Assembly (NCBI RefSeq): GCF_021596945.1
Contig: NZ_CP063779.1
Span: 1,275,592 to 1,339,591, forward strand
Origin: Mongoliitalea daihaiensis
GTDB lineage: Bacteria > Bacteroidota > Bacteroidia > Cytophagales > Cyclobacteriaceae
Direction of reading: 5' to 3'
DNA: 64,000 nt
Under the pieces are notes generated by a model. The model did no database searches, was not told the origin of the DNA, and saw nothing but the letters and a program-made list of their open reading frames with translations. Both the position numbers and the translations under genes were made by a program. Numbering within the stretch: the first letter of the stretch is position 1; every line of letters begins with the position of its first letter. Of this stretch, positions 17,489 to 25,551 are shown one piece after another.

Positions 17489-20479
17489 TTAGGTACCTTT
17501 TACCAGCTTGCGAACTTTCAAGAATCCTGCACTACTGATGCGAAGAAAGTAAATGCCTTTGGGTAAGTTTTCGGTACCGATTTTGGCGGCATGTTGCTGA
17601 TGGTCGATAAATTGAATGTTCACAGGTTTGCCCATGGCATCGAGTAAACTGATATCATATTGGGCTAAATCAGAGAATTCCACAGTAAAGCTATATGCAT
17701 GAGGATTGGGATACACAGATAAATTATCTTCTGCCGCAAAGTCAACGCGAATTACTTGAGTATAGCTGATCTTGCCATCATAATCCTGCTGTCGGATGCG
17801 GTAGAAGTTTATTCCTCGAAGTGGGTTTTCATCCCATGTTTGGTAAAGAGAAATGTCTTGACTATTTCCAACGGCTTTTATTCTGGAAATTTCTTGCCAG
17901 TCCCGGCCATTAGAAGAGCGCATAATGCCAAAGAATTCATTGTTCTTCTCCTGTACCGTAGCCCACTCCAAGGCTACCCGTTTTTCTTGTGCTCTGCCAT
18001 GGAAGTAAAGCCAAGTCACTGGTAATTGGATGATGGTTTCTTCATCTGCCTCGTTATTATGAGGATTGCTATCGGGTATACCACTGTTACTGTAAGCTTC
18101 TACTACGTTTCTAAATTCCCCAGCTCCAAGCACCTCCACAATGATTCTTAACTCCACAATTTCATTACTTGCCATGGTGCCGATATTCCATAACATAGGC
18201 CAAACTGTCGGATCAAAGCTCCCTTTAGTTGTTGTATGGCTGATGTATCGATAACCACTTGGCATTTCCTCATCTAGGAAAACTTGGTTTATAGGACTTC
18301 TGCCACGGTTTTCGACGACAATCAAAAATTCAATTTCATCACCTACTTCAGGACGATTGTTATCTACTGATTTGAGGGAAATTAGGTCATACTCTATTGG
18401 CCGAATACCAAAGTTGGCATCGGTCAGGGAAGCATTGTTGACGACAATATTTGTAAGTATGCTATTGTGCGTTCCGTCATCGCCGGAGCCTGTACCCAAA
18501 AACTCTTCTGTACTTTCATAAAAGTTTGGCAAGATAACTGGTGGTGCCAACATACCATTAACCGGGATTGTTGTTGTTAGTAATATACTGAACTCTCCAT
18601 TGGGTACATCGATAATCGTGAAAGTTCCGTCTGATTGAACCGTAGCAAAACTGACCACATTGCCAAACTCATCCACTAACACCGCATATAAGCCTGCAAT
18701 ATTTACCCCAACACCTTCTACAACGCCATTCCTAAGCTCGTCTTCAAAGACATTTCCGGATATGGAGAGGAACGTAAATCCACTAATACGTCGTACAATT
18801 GAGAAAGAGGAGGCAGTCCAGGTGTTGATGGTAACATTATTTCCAAAACCATTGTCTCCAGTTGCTGTCCAAATATGTTCAGGGCTCAACAGCCCTGTTA
18901 AATTAATGGAAGTAGATTGTGGGCTTCCTGTAATTCCAGTACCTGTTCTTGGAACTAATGAATCATCCCAAAAAATGAAATCAGCCCCCACTTCTCCTGG
19001 ACGAATATTGTCTACATAAACTCCATTACTAAGTTCTAGATCATAAATTGGGAAATGAACTGGGAAAAAGACAACAGTAGCTATGAAATTTACTTCACCA
19101 CCGCTTGGCAATTCTACACCTTGTGCATCCTCTCCATTCCAATAAATTGAATAGTTTCCAGGTTCGCCATATATTTCTGATATTATTAAATCTGTTGCCG
19201 GATCGTAAAGCCCATTACCATTAATATCAATCAGAATATCTACAATTGCAGGTAAACTAATTGAAATATTTACATTAGCTTCGCCTCCTGTTAATGGGGC
19301 CGATTTCTCCCTGTATACTATATCCAAAGTAGCAGTTGGAGCAATGGTGGTTTGCCAAATTGATGGGTCAGGGTCATTTAAAAATAGCGGATAAAGTATA
19401 TTTGGTGGAGGCGGCCTGTTAGAACCAGATTCATTAGGTAGTGACTTTCTGTTTTCGACAAATCCTAAACCAGATCTTGGACCTTCATCGTTTGCAAAGA
19501 AATTTGTCCATCCTCCTGAAGAGCCGGGAAACGTTATATTTTTTACAAAATAATCATTGGAAGTGGCTGTGTAGGTATTATCAATTGGAACAAAGAATCC
19601 AAAATTTTCATGAAAGCTGAAATTTTCTCCTACACTAAATGTAGGATTACTAGCGTATGCTGCTTTATTACTTCGAGAATTGGAAATACTCCAAAACTTA
19701 CAATATAAACGACCGTTAATGCGAGTATAATTACCAGGTGTACCTGAGGCGACTGTTACATCCCAAAAATCAATATTTGCACCGTCCCAAATGGGCTCAT
19801 TCCATACATCCGTTATTTCTACCCAAAATGCCCGATCTTGGCCGGTGTTATTAGTAAATGAAAATCCTGTATAGCCTGTGTTGGTTACTTGACTTGGACC
19901 ATTGGCTGCAGCTAAAGCATTAGCGGGCCGACCAATTTCTCCTTCAGCGCTTACAGCATCATATTGATTATCAGAAGCGTCTCTTCTTCCATTATCAAAT
20001 GTCCTAGCTGATGGATAAAAACCTGTATCATTGAGATCATAATACCATCTAACTCGGATATTGTTGCTGGTAGTACTTGTGTTAGACCTTCTTCTGGTTG
20101 CAGCTGTCAATCTGAAACCCCAAAATACGGTTTCTCCATTTCTTACATAAACAAATACCCTATGTTGAGGGTCATAGTTAGTGTTATAATTTGGATAATT
20201 TGAAGCGTTAGCCGTCGAAGGTAGCATCATGAATCCTCTATAATTATATCCTGATGTAAACCAACCTTCTCCAATAGGTTCACTGGTTACTCGTCTTCCT
20301 GCACTTGGCACCCACAACATACTCTGTCTATTAGTGGCTGTCCCCCAAGTTCCGGAACCTTCGGCCATCACTTTGGGTGGATGCGAAAGCATCATCATCA
20401 ACAAAAAAAACAAAAAACTCAACCCTCTCAACCAGTTAGTTGAGAGCGCAATAGCCGAGCTATTTAGTTGAGTTTTCAT
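17489..20479 (-). CDS. Large T9SS-secreted cargo protein D (996 aa) with a Cna-B/SdrD-B-like domain, a DUF11-like repeat domain, pre-CTD module and CTD
   Basis: Signal peptide ..LSHPPKVMAEGSG. Mid-region ISGNVFEDELRNGVVEG..GTFTIIDVPNGEFSIL (Cna-B-like). ..NRPEVGDEIEFLIVVENRGRSPINQVFLDEEMPSGYRYISHTTTKGSF.. (DUF11-like). The C-terminus has VALEWATVQEKNNEFFGIMRSSNGRDWQEISRIKAVGNSQDISLYQTWDENPLRGINFYRIRQQDYDGKISYTQVIRV, then YPNPHAYSFTVEF..KGIYFLRI..KLVKGT. Confidence 0.7.
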   Translation of the reverse strand: MKTQLNSSAIALSTNWLRGLSFLFFLLMMMLSHPPKVMAEGSGTWGTATNRQSMLWVPSAGRRVTSEPIGEGWFTSGYNYRGFMMLPSTANASNYPNYNTNYDPQHRVFVYVRNGETVFWGFRLTAATRRRSNTSTTSNNIRVRWYYDLNDTGFYPSARTFDNGRRDASDNQYDAVSAEGEIGRPANALAAANGPSQVTNTGYTGFSFTNNTGQDRAFWVEITDVWNEPIWDGANIDFWDVTVASGTPGNYTRINGRLYCKFWSISNSRSNKAAYASNPTFSVGENFSFHENFGFFVPIDNTYTATSNDYFVKNITFPGSSGGWTNFFANDEGPRSGLGFVENRKSLPNESGSNRPPPPNILYPLFLNDPDPSIWQTTIAPTATLDIVYREKSAPLTGGEANVNISISLPAIVDILIDINGNGLYDPATDLIISEIYGEPGNYSIYWNGEDAQGVELPSGGEVNFIATVVFFPVHFPIYDLELSNGVYVDNIRPGEVGADFIFWDDSLVPRTGTGITGSPQSTSINLTGLLSPEHIWTATGDNGFGNNVTINTWTASSFSIVRRISGFTFLSISGNVFEDELRNGVVEGVGVNIAGLYAVLVDEFGNVVSFATVQSDGTFTIIDVPNGEFSILLTTTIPVNGMLAPPVILPNFYESTEEFLGTGSGDDGTHNSILTNIVVNNASLTDANFGIRPIEYDLISLKSVDNNRPEVGDEIEFLIVVENRGRSPINQVFLDEEMPSGYRYISHTTTKGSFDPTVWPMLWNIGTMASNEIVELRIIVEVLGAGEFRNVVEAYSNSGIPDSNPHNNEADEETIIQLPVTWLYFHGRAQEKRVALEWATVQEKNNEFFGIMRSSNGRDWQEISRIKAVGNSQDISLYQTWDENPLRGINFYRIRQQDYDGKISYTQVIRVDFAAEDNLSVYPNPHAYSFTVEFSDLAQYDISLLDAMGKPVNIQFIDHQQHAAKIGTENLPKGIYFLRISSAGFLKVRKLVKGT

Positions 20480-20585
20480 GCCTATTTACCCCTTAAATGA
20501 GAGTGATATTACAAAAAAATAGGCATTTTACCAAATAAAATTCTGTAAAACAGATAATTACATACCATATGCAAATTTCTGTTTA

Positions 20586-20618
20586 CAAAAAAACTCCAGC
20601 TGTTTGCAACTGGAGTTT
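20586..20618 (-). terminator. Rho-independent terminator downstream of rho
   Basis: AACTCCAG..CTGGAGTT (8-10 bp stem), followed on the minus strand by a T7 run. It lies 22 bp after the rho stop at 20640. Confidence 0.55.
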
Positions 20619-20639
20619 GTCTATTTTGAAGCTTTTTTC

Positions 20640-22454
20640 TTAGCTGTTCATGCTGATCAAGAATTCAATGTTATCCCGCGTGCCTCGCATACGCTGCAAG
20701 AGGAATTCCATGGCTTCCTGAGAGGTCATATCGGACATCAACTTGCGCAAAATCCACACACGTTGCATCTCTTCTTTGTCCATCAACAAATCCTCTCTTC
20801 GTGTACCAGAACTTGGTACATCGATCGCAGGATAGATTCTTCTGTTGGATAGTTTTCTGTCCAAGGCCAATTCCATGTTACCGGTACCTTTGAATTCCTC
20901 AAAGATGACCTCGTCCATTTTGGAACCTGTTTCTACTAAGGCGGTAGCGATGATGGTCAAGGAACCTCCATTTTCCACATTTCTAGCAGCTCCGAAGAAT
21001 CGCTTCGGCTTGTGAAGTGCGTTGGCATCCACACCACCGGAAAGGATTTTTCCTGAGGAAGGGACCACCGTATTGTAAGCTCTTGCCAATCGGGTAATGG
21101 AATCCAATAAGATGACTACATCATGACCACATTCTACCATTCGCTTGGCTTTTTCCAATACGATGGTAGCAACTTTTACGTGTCTTTCTGCCTGCTCATC
21201 GAAGGTAGAAGAGATCACCTCACCTTTTACAGAACGGGCCATATCTGTCACTTCTTCTGGACGCTCATCGATCAACAAGACCATCAAGTGTACTTCTGGG
21301 TGATTTTCAGCAATAGCATTGGCTATCTGCTGCAACAATACAGTCTTACCGGTCTTTGGCTGTGCCACAATCATCCCACGCTGACCTTTCCCGATCGGAG
21401 CAAAAAGATCCAAGATCCGAGTAGAGTAATTGTCATGTTTGGTAGAAAGATTCAACCGCTCCTCAGGGAAGAGTGGCGTCAAATATTCAAAGGGAATACG
21501 ATCTCTGATTTCTTCGGTAGTCTTGCCATTGACAGAAATGACTTTCAGTAATGCAAAGTATTTTTCTCCTTCTTTGGGAGGACGGATGGTGCCCTTGATA
21601 TGGTCACCTGTTTTTAGTCCAAAAAGTTTGATTTGAGAAGGGGAAACATAGATGTCATCCGGGGAAGCGAGGTAATTGTAATCCAACGAGCGTAGAAATC
21701 CATATCCTTCGGACATAATTTCCAAAACACCTTCGTTTTCGATGATTCCTTCGAATTCCCGTGGACTTACATATGGTTTTTTCTTAGTAGAAATTACTTC
21801 TGCTGTTGGAATATGTGCTTCTTCAATATCTCTGAAGTTTTTTCTTCTTGGCAATTCTACCTCAGCTTCTGCTTTTGGTTCAGCTTTTTCAACAGATTTC
21901 TTTTCGACCTGAGGAGCGGCTTTTTCTTCTACAAAATCTGAAGCGGTAAATTGCTCGGGGGATGGCTCGATTTCGACTACTTTTTTTCGAGGTCTGATAA
22001 ACTTAGGTTTTTCTTCCTCAGGAGTAGCTACTGTTGGAGTAGTTGGTTTTGGAGCAGGGGCTTCTTTTTTTTCTTCTTTGCGCTCTTCCTTTCGCTCTTC
22101 CTTCCGTGGTTCTCGGGATTTTTGAGGCGCCTTGCTTTCTACCTTAGCATCTTCTTTAGGAGTTTCGCCGACGTTCTCTCGTTTAAATTTTGGTTTTGCA
22201 GGAGTCTCAGCGGTTTTTTCTTCTTTTTGGGGAGCTTTTTCAGCAGCTGGTTCGGGTGATTTTTTCTCTTCTACTTCTACGATGGAAGGTTTCTTTTTAG
22301 GGAGAGCAGCTTCTGGGGTGATCGCTTGTTGGTCCAAAATGGCGTAGACAAGATCGTCTTTTTTGAGTGTCTTAAAATTTTTGACACCCAACTCCTCAGC
22401 AATCTCCTTTAATTCAGAGAGAAGTCTGATTCTTAGTTCTTCTATGTTATACAT
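20640..22454 (-). CDS. rho: Transcription termination factor Rho with a roughly 200-aa K/E/P-rich low-complexity insertion between the N-terminal helix domain and the CSD-like RNA-binding domain
   Basis: The N-terminus is [24 protein letters not shown] (Rho_N). The OB/CSD domain ([14 protein letters not shown]..), Walker A ([17 protein letters not shown]), Q- and R-loops and the C-terminus are all conserved. The insertion is [37 protein letters not shown]... Confidence 0.92.
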   Translation of the reverse strand: MYNIEELRIRLLSELKEIAEELGVKNFKTLKKDDLVYAILDQQAITPEAALPKKKPSIVEVEEKKSPEPAAEKAPQKEEKTAETPAKPKFKRENVGETPKEDAKVESKAPQKSREPRKEERKEERKEEKKEAPAPKPTTPTVATPEEEKPKFIRPRKKVVEIEPSPEQFTASDFVEEKAAPQVEKKSVEKAEPKAEAEVELPRRKNFRDIEEAHIPTAEVISTKKKPYVSPREFEGIIENEGVLEIMSEGYGFLRSLDYNYLASPDDIYVSPSQIKLFGLKTGDHIKGTIRPPKEGEKYFALLKVISVNGKTTEEIRDRIPFEYLTPLFPEERLNLSTKHDNYSTRILDLFAPIGKGQRGMIVAQPKTGKTVLLQQIANAIAENHPEVHLMVLLIDERPEEVTDMARSVKGEVISSTFDEQAERHVKVATIVLEKAKRMVECGHDVVILLDSITRLARAYNTVVPSSGKILSGGVDANALHKPKRFFGAARNVENGGSLTIIATALVETGSKMDEVIFEEFKGTGNMELALDRKLSNRRIYPAIDVPSSGTRREDLLMDKEEMQRVWILRKLMSDMTSQEAMEFLLQRMRGTRDNIEFLISMNS

Positions 22455-22655
22455 AAAAAGCTTACGAAATTAGATAATGATGTAAATGATAATTGAATGT
22501 GTATTGAGTATTACTGAACTGAATGAAAAAGGTATTCAGGCTAGTATAAAATCCACGGGGAGAGGATTTTGGGATACTGTAACGCCACAATAATAAGCCA
22601 AGACTTTTGAAATCGCAAACATTTGACCTAAATCTGAGGCTAAAGTGTAAAAAAA

Positions 22656-23351
22656 CTAGGTTTCTTGCATGATTTGTCGCAATATTTTAATGGATTTCCA
22701 TTCTTTAGACTCTTCTAAGTGGGCTGAGTAATAGCTCAGACAGAGGTCTAGCAGGTTGCGTCGAGCAATGCTTGGTACGTTCTGATCAAAGGCAAAAGAA
22801 TGCTGTAACAGTCCATCCAGATAGGTAGCTTCTACTTGAAAATCCCTAGAGGATGCCCATGCTTGATTGAGTTCTTCAAAGAATTCCTCAGCGGACACCG
22901 GAGCAAATCCTAGGTACTTGGAAGTTTCCATCAAAAACGTGATTGGGAAATGGGTCAGGTTACAATGCGGACTGTCCAACAGGGTAATAGCCTCTTCGAG
23001 GAAATCAAACATAGACTCATTTTGGTATCCATCGTAAAGACAGCGAGACAAAACCTCTGCCATAAACATGGCAATACCGGAGCGCTTAAATTCAAACGGG
23101 ATTCTTTGAAAGGCTTGCAACAACTTTACTTCGCTGACGCGATTAAGATTACTCGTCTCTTTATGATAGACTACCAAATCGAGTAACATCATAGGTTGAT
23201 AAAAGCCCATTTTACTTTTGGCAGTGGAGCTTCTCACTCCGTTGATAATGTAGCTTTTCAGGCCAAGTTCCTTGGTGAAAATCTTGACGATGATCGATGT
23301 ATCCTTGTACCGGATGTAGGATAGAACCAAGCCTGAGGTTTTGACTAACAT
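22656..23351 (-). CDS. recO: DNA repair protein RecO
   Basis: 231 aa. N-terminal OB-fold pattern (..KTSGLVLSYIRYKDTSIIVKIFTKELGLKSYIINGVRS..), with length and architecture matching RecO. Its start overlaps the tdk stop by 1 nt. Confidence 0.7.
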   Translation of the reverse strand: MLVKTSGLVLSYIRYKDTSIIVKIFTKELGLKSYIINGVRSSTAKSKMGFYQPMMLLDLVVYHKETSNLNRVSEVKLLQAFQRIPFEFKRSGIAMFMAEVLSRCLYDGYQNESMFDFLEEAITLLDSPHCNLTHFPITFLMETSKYLGFAPVSAEEFFEELNQAWASSRDFQVEATYLDGLLQHSFAFDQNVPSIARRNLLDLCLSYYSAHLEESKEWKSIKILRQIMQET

Positions 23352-23935
23352 TAGCTTTTACCTTCATTGAAACATTTTCTACAACGTGCTTCGTAGCTTT
23401 CCTTTTCTCCCAACACTACTTTATCTTTCTTTTCAATCAGTCTGTAAGAGTAGGAAGCAAGGTCTCCACATTTCATACAGATGGCGTGTACTTTGGTAAC
23501 ATATTCTGCGATCGCCATCAGATGAGGCATGGGCTCAAAAGGCTTTCCTTCAAAGTCCATATCCAACCCTGCCATAATCACGCGTTTGCCTGCATTGGCA
23601 AGTACGGTGGCCACATGGACAATCCGTGCATCGAAAAATTGCACCTCATCAATGCCTACTACGTCACAGTCTCCAGCCAATAGGAGGATATCCTCTGCAA
23701 AGTTTACAGGAGTGGACCGAATGGCATTTTCATTGTGTGAGACTACATCCACCTCGTGGTATCTCTTATCGATGGAAGGCTTGAAAATCTCTACTTTTTG
23801 CTTGGCGATCAGTGCGCGGTTGAGCCTACGAATCAATTCTTCCGTTTTTCCGGAAAACATAGATCCGCAAATGACCTCAATTTGTCCTTTTTTTTCTTTT
23901 GAGTGGAATTTACCTAAGGAAGGCTCAATAAACAT
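23351..23935 (-). CDS. tdk: Thymidine kinase
   Basis: 194 aa. [20 protein letters not shown]-loop, ..[11 protein letters not shown].., and a C-terminal zinc ribbon (CMKCG..CRKC). It aligns closely with the Bacillus-type Tdk sequence recalled from memory. Confidence 0.88.
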   Translation of the reverse strand: MFIEPSLGKFHSKEKKGQIEVICGSMFSGKTEELIRRLNRALIAKQKVEIFKPSIDKRYHEVDVVSHNENAIRSTPVNFAEDILLLAGDCDVVGIDEVQFFDARIVHVATVLANAGKRVIMAGLDMDFEGKPFEPMPHLMAIAEYVTKVHAICMKCGDLASYSYRLIEKKDKVVLGEKESYEARCRKCFNEGKS

Positions 23936-23938
23936 AGC

Positions 23939-24265
23939 TTATTCAGAATATGATACGTGTGGAAACTTATTTTCATCGGCCACCCGAATCACCAAAGTTC
24001 CTTGTTTGATTTTAGCTTGGCAAGTTAAGCGTTCGTTGGCTTTTAATCGTCCTTTGGATTTGAAAAATTCTTCCCGGTCGGTGAGTTCCTCTAAGTTTTC
24101 CATTCCTTCGATTACAATCATTTTACAAGTGGTGCATCTTCCCTTTTTTCCACAGGCATGCATCCAATCAATGTAGTTTTCATGAATTAATTCGATAACT
24201 TTACGGTTAGATTCTGTAGAAATGATTGAATGATTATCGATATTTTGTATGATAATTTTCATCAT
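23939..24265 (-). CDS. 2Fe-2S ferredoxin (plant/adrenodoxin-type fold)
   Basis: 108 aa. The cluster ligands are ACGKKGRCTTCK (C-x5-C-x2-C) plus the downstream LTCQ cysteine. Confidence 0.7.
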   Translation of the reverse strand: MMKIIIQNIDNHSIISTESNRKVIELIHENYIDWMHACGKKGRCTTCKMIVIEGMENLEELTDREEFFKSKGRLKANERLTCQAKIKQGTLVIRVADENKFPHVSYSE

Positions 24266-24274
24266 AAAGATTGT

Positions 24275-25447
24275 ATGGTCTCGTTAAATAAATTGTCTTC
24301 AAATAGTATGCACGTGAAAATAAACCAAAAATATATTGAAAGTTATGTGAAAGATTTTGCAGCAAAGGTAAGTAAGCAACACTTTCATGAGAATAAATAC
24401 ATTACTGGTCCTCAAATTGTTCAATTAACACCTGCTGAGCAGGTAAATTTTTTTGTGATTAAAGCCCTTTTTGAAGCCTGGCAGGTGGAATTGGAAAAGT
24501 TAAAATCCAACCCTTATTTTGATTACCGAGATAAAGCGGTGCATGATGCATTGAAGCAATTTATGAATGTATTGTCACGCACCATCAAAATAGATCGGGA
24601 AAACTTTGAACCTTTACTGATCTCCGCATTGACAGACGCCATTTCCTTAGCAGTGGATCCTTTGACATTTTTTATGGAAGAAATTGAAAAAACACCGGAG
24701 CGGCAGTTGAATACATATTTCAAAGAAAATAAGCGCTATTATAAGTGGCATCGGTCATTGATGGAGAACTTGATTGATCGAGCGGCATTGGGTGCATCCC
24801 ATGTAGCCTATGTAGCTGCTTTGCAAGCGAATTACGAACAACAAGCTAGTGAGCTGCGGTCCGGTCAGGAGCTTTTGGAATCACTGTCTGCTGTCTTGGC
24901 CATTGATTTTGGTGCACTCCTAGAGGAACAGTCTCTATCCCCAAACACTGAAAGTGCTCAAGAAGAGCCTTTTCCATCCGATGTTTCGGTCGAGGAAGTG
25001 AAAAGGTCTGCTTTGTTTACTCCTATTTTTGAGTCTAAGCAAGAAGATGTCTCTGATACACGTGTAGTGGTAGAGGTAAAAGAGGTGGCAGCAGCAACAC
25101 CAAGTGCAGCGGCAGTAACGATTGAAAATAAAGAGGGCCAATTGGACCCGCATGCTATTTGGGCTCGTTTTGAATCAGAAGAGTATAGTGTTATGAAGAT
25201 CAGTATTCAGGAATTGAGCGAAAGTATAGGAATCAATCAACGCTTCATGTTTACCAAAGAACTTTTTGAGGGCAATTCGGATCTGTTGAGATATGCATTG
25301 AAATCAATCGATCAATGTCAAAACTTTACGGAAGCAATCAACATGCTGAATTTACGCTACGTAGATGAACTGAAGTGGAATTTACAATCGGAGGCCTTGG
25401 ATGAATTTTTGCAGTTGATTTTCAGGAAATTTGAGCATAGGGGTTAA
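24275..25447 (+). CDS. Hypothetical acidic cytoplasmic protein (about 390 aa), with no recognised domain
   Basis: It has a long ORF with protein-like composition, a central low-complexity acidic linker (..SAQEEPFPSDVSVEEVK..) and a predicted alpha-helical C-terminal domain. The ORF-track start at 24230 would overlap the divergent ferredoxin start by 36 bp, so the ATG at 24275 (or 24308) is preferred. A terminator hairpin follows at 25440-25465 (GGGGTTAAAAACCCCTTTTTTT). Confidence 0.45.
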   Translation: MVSLNKLSSNSMHVKINQKYIESYVKDFAAKVSKQHFHENKYITGPQIVQLTPAEQVNFFVIKALFEAWQVELEKLKSNPYFDYRDKAVHDALKQFMNVLSRTIKIDRENFEPLLISALTDAISLAVDPLTFFMEEIEKTPERQLNTYFKENKRYYKWHRSLMENLIDRAALGASHVAYVAALQANYEQQASELRSGQELLESLSAVLAIDFGALLEEQSLSPNTESAQEEPFPSDVSVEEVKRSALFTPIFESKQEDVSDTRVVVEVKEVAAATPSAAAVTIENKEGQLDPHAIWARFESEEYSVMKISIQELSESIGINQRFMFTKELFEGNSDLLRYALKSIDQCQNFTEAINMLNLRYVDELKWNLQSEALDEFLQLIFRKFEHRG

Positions 25448-25551
25448 AAACCCCTTTTTTTGTGGCAATAAATAAACCGCTTCTGTAATTCTCCCCGATT
25501 TTTTGATAAATTTTGAGTAGCATCGAGTGTTAATTCTTACCCAATCAACTT

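Noticed and set aside
21951-22347. Plus-strand ORFs inside rho, and similarly minus-strand ORFs at 47177-47579 inside infB
   Set aside because: They are antisense to K/E/P-rich low-complexity regions of essential conserved genes, so they are treated as artefacts.
24230-24274. The upstream start (24230) for the acidic hypothetical protein
   Set aside because: It would overlap the divergent ferredoxin gene start by 36 bp on the opposite strand. The in-frame ATG at 24275 avoids the overlap.
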